64,000 bases of DNA from Lama glama (lineage: Eukaryota). Numbering within the stretch: position 1 is the stretch's first letter; the number at the start of each line of letters is the position of its first letter. Under the pieces are notes generated by a model. It worked only from the letters and a program-made list of their open reading frames with translations, did no database searches and was not told the DNA's origin. Made by a program: the position numbers and the translations under genes. Location of the stretch: assembly GCA_028534125.1 (NCBI GenBank), contig CM052817.1, positions 3,846,001 through 3,910,000 of the forward strand, given 5' to 3'. Shown here in pieces: positions 62,380-64,000 of the stretch.

Positions 62380-63958
62380 TTCACTCTTCCACTGGTTATT
62401 ATACTTTTAATTTTCTCAACCCGATTTACTTTCTCATATATATATATATATACATATACGTATTTATATATATAAATATATATATAGCAACATTATCTAT
62501 TTCTAGTTAGGAAAGTTTTACTTTATAGCCCACTTGTTAACTTATGTGTTCTGGAATTTGGGGTTTCTATTATGCAGATATTAAATTTCAGCTTTAAAGT
62601 TATTCAAGTTTTTCGTAATTTGTCTTAATTACTGACTTTTAATATTCACCACAAGTTTAAAAACCACTTTAGTAATATACATGTTATGTAAACAATCTAT
62701 TTTCATATTCAGTGAGTATGTCATAGGCATATAAATCCTTAGAGCACTGCCCAGCAGTCGCCAGATACTAAATGTAGGTTACTCATTCTTCCCATTTCTA
62801 AATTCAGGAGTTCTTCAATTTGTCAGTGAGCTGCCTGAATTAAAAAATGCAACTGTGTTACACAGAAGGTCCACGAAAACTAAGGTTGAGATTACAAGAT
62901 CAGACTCTTCGTAATACGGAGCTAAGTGAGAATACACCTACTCAATCAACCCCAACGACCTGTCACAAATGGCACAAAAGCAGCCTGAGCTGTATGCTTG
63001 TCTGCGTTCTGCTGCCTGCAAGGACCACCTTATAAAACAGAGGAAAACCAAAATCAAAGCCTGTTGTACCTGCAGGGGATCCTTAGAAGTCCACGTGGTC
63101 AGGTTGTGAAAGAACAAAATCCTAGCACCCGCAGTTCACACAAATGATTTAAGAATTCTTTCCCCTCAGAATGAACAGTTAAACCATTGTCATTAATAAT
63201 TCTGTGAAACAGTAGCTAACATTTGGGGTGCTCCTCTCAAAGCTTCTTAGACCCTAGCCCCAAGCCACTTTTCTTTTACCCACTCCTAAAATCATATGCA
63301 CAACACGTCAACTTTCAAACAAGAAGGGAAATATGTAAAGTCCCTTTCAGATGGAAAGCGTTTTCAGTAAAACTTAAATTTATTACTATTTAAATGATAA
63401 ACCAAACGTTGGCAATTACGTATAGATCTTTTTGCTGTGGACAAATTAAGATTGTGAGGTTGTACCTTCAGAATCAGCCTCAGAATTAGTTGCAGTAAGT
63501 CAATACTTTCTCAGAAACTGTATAATTTCCTTCGGCTTACAACCATTATATGGAAAGCTAAGTATAATGTTTAATAATTTACCTTCTACCCTAAAAGTAA
63601 GCTATAGAAAACGGAATCACTGTTAGGATAGAAATAACAAGGCTTTAAAGGTTCAGTAGTTTTTCTTAAGAGTATACAAATATACAAATCTTGAAAAAGT
63701 AACAGTTAGTTGACCTGTAAAATCCATAAAAATAACATTTCTGGCACAGTGAACTAAGTTCATTCATTTTACTTCCCGGATTCCCTTCCCCCCACCCCGC
63801 TCCGCACCAGTTTTCAAGTTTGAACTGGAAGACGTAGAAAATCATACATCCTACGTGAAACAATGAAGACAGCGGGAAATTGTGCAACAAAAAAACCCTT
63901 TAAAATTCCATACACCAATGTCATGTATGTCTAGTAACAGGACTTCCAACTGATTTAA
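62380..63958 (-). other. Probable 3'UTR of the upstream gene
   Basis: About 1.6 kb AT-rich with no recognisable interspersed repeat. Minus-strand polyA-signal candidates: AATAAA (63379-63384) and ATTAAA (62406-62411, 62638-62643). A (TA)n tract lies at 62436-62486. Confidence 0.5.
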
Positions 63959-64000
63959 TTAATACTCGAGATAATTTGAGACCGCGTCCTCCTGCAGCAC
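63959..64000 (-). CDS. Probable final codons of an upstream gene (...VLQEDAVSNYLEY*), truncated by the window edge
   Basis: Minus-strand frame GTG CTG CAG GAG GAC GCG GTC TCA AAT TAT CTC GAG TAT TAA. It has codon-like composition with CpGs and is followed by long repeat-free AT-rich sequence. Only 13 codons are visible and the frame is unproven. Confidence 0.4.
   Translation of the reverse strand: MLQEDAVSNYLEY

Noticed and set aside
63959..64000. Assigning gene symbols to either flanking gene
   Set aside because: I do not recognise the 13-residue C-terminus or the first exon. A BLAST search is required.

Overview
Mammalian genomic DNA, most likely a camelid, inferred from seven tRNA-Ala-derived SINEs with GGGGAGGGTATAGCTCA heads and the L1 3'UTR type. 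The window is largely a ~55 kb GC-rich intergenic interval packed with MIR, L2, L1, MaLR/ERV LTRs and DNA-transposon fossils. It sits between two probable minus-strand genes that I cannot name. On the left is a CpG-island promoter with a non-coding first exon (~7025-7170) and AT-rich intron 1 running off the left edge. On the right are the probable last codons and AT-rich 3'UTR of an upstream gene (~62300-64000). None of the listed ORFs is supported as protein-coding. The most notable observations are: a 23-bp inverted repeat whose arms are both near-consensus CTCF motifs pointing apart (54532-54777); a hairpin-bounded unique intronic element (1672-1820); an L1 with a probable 3' transduction nested in a hAT transposase fossil; two tailless internal L1 fragments with target-site duplications; a polyadenylated LTR-like insert that replaces part of an L1; and a 40-bp direct repeat at the 3'UTR. 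I saw no clear new coding system. Repeat subfamily names come from remembered consensus sequences, and boundaries are approximate unless a TSD is given.
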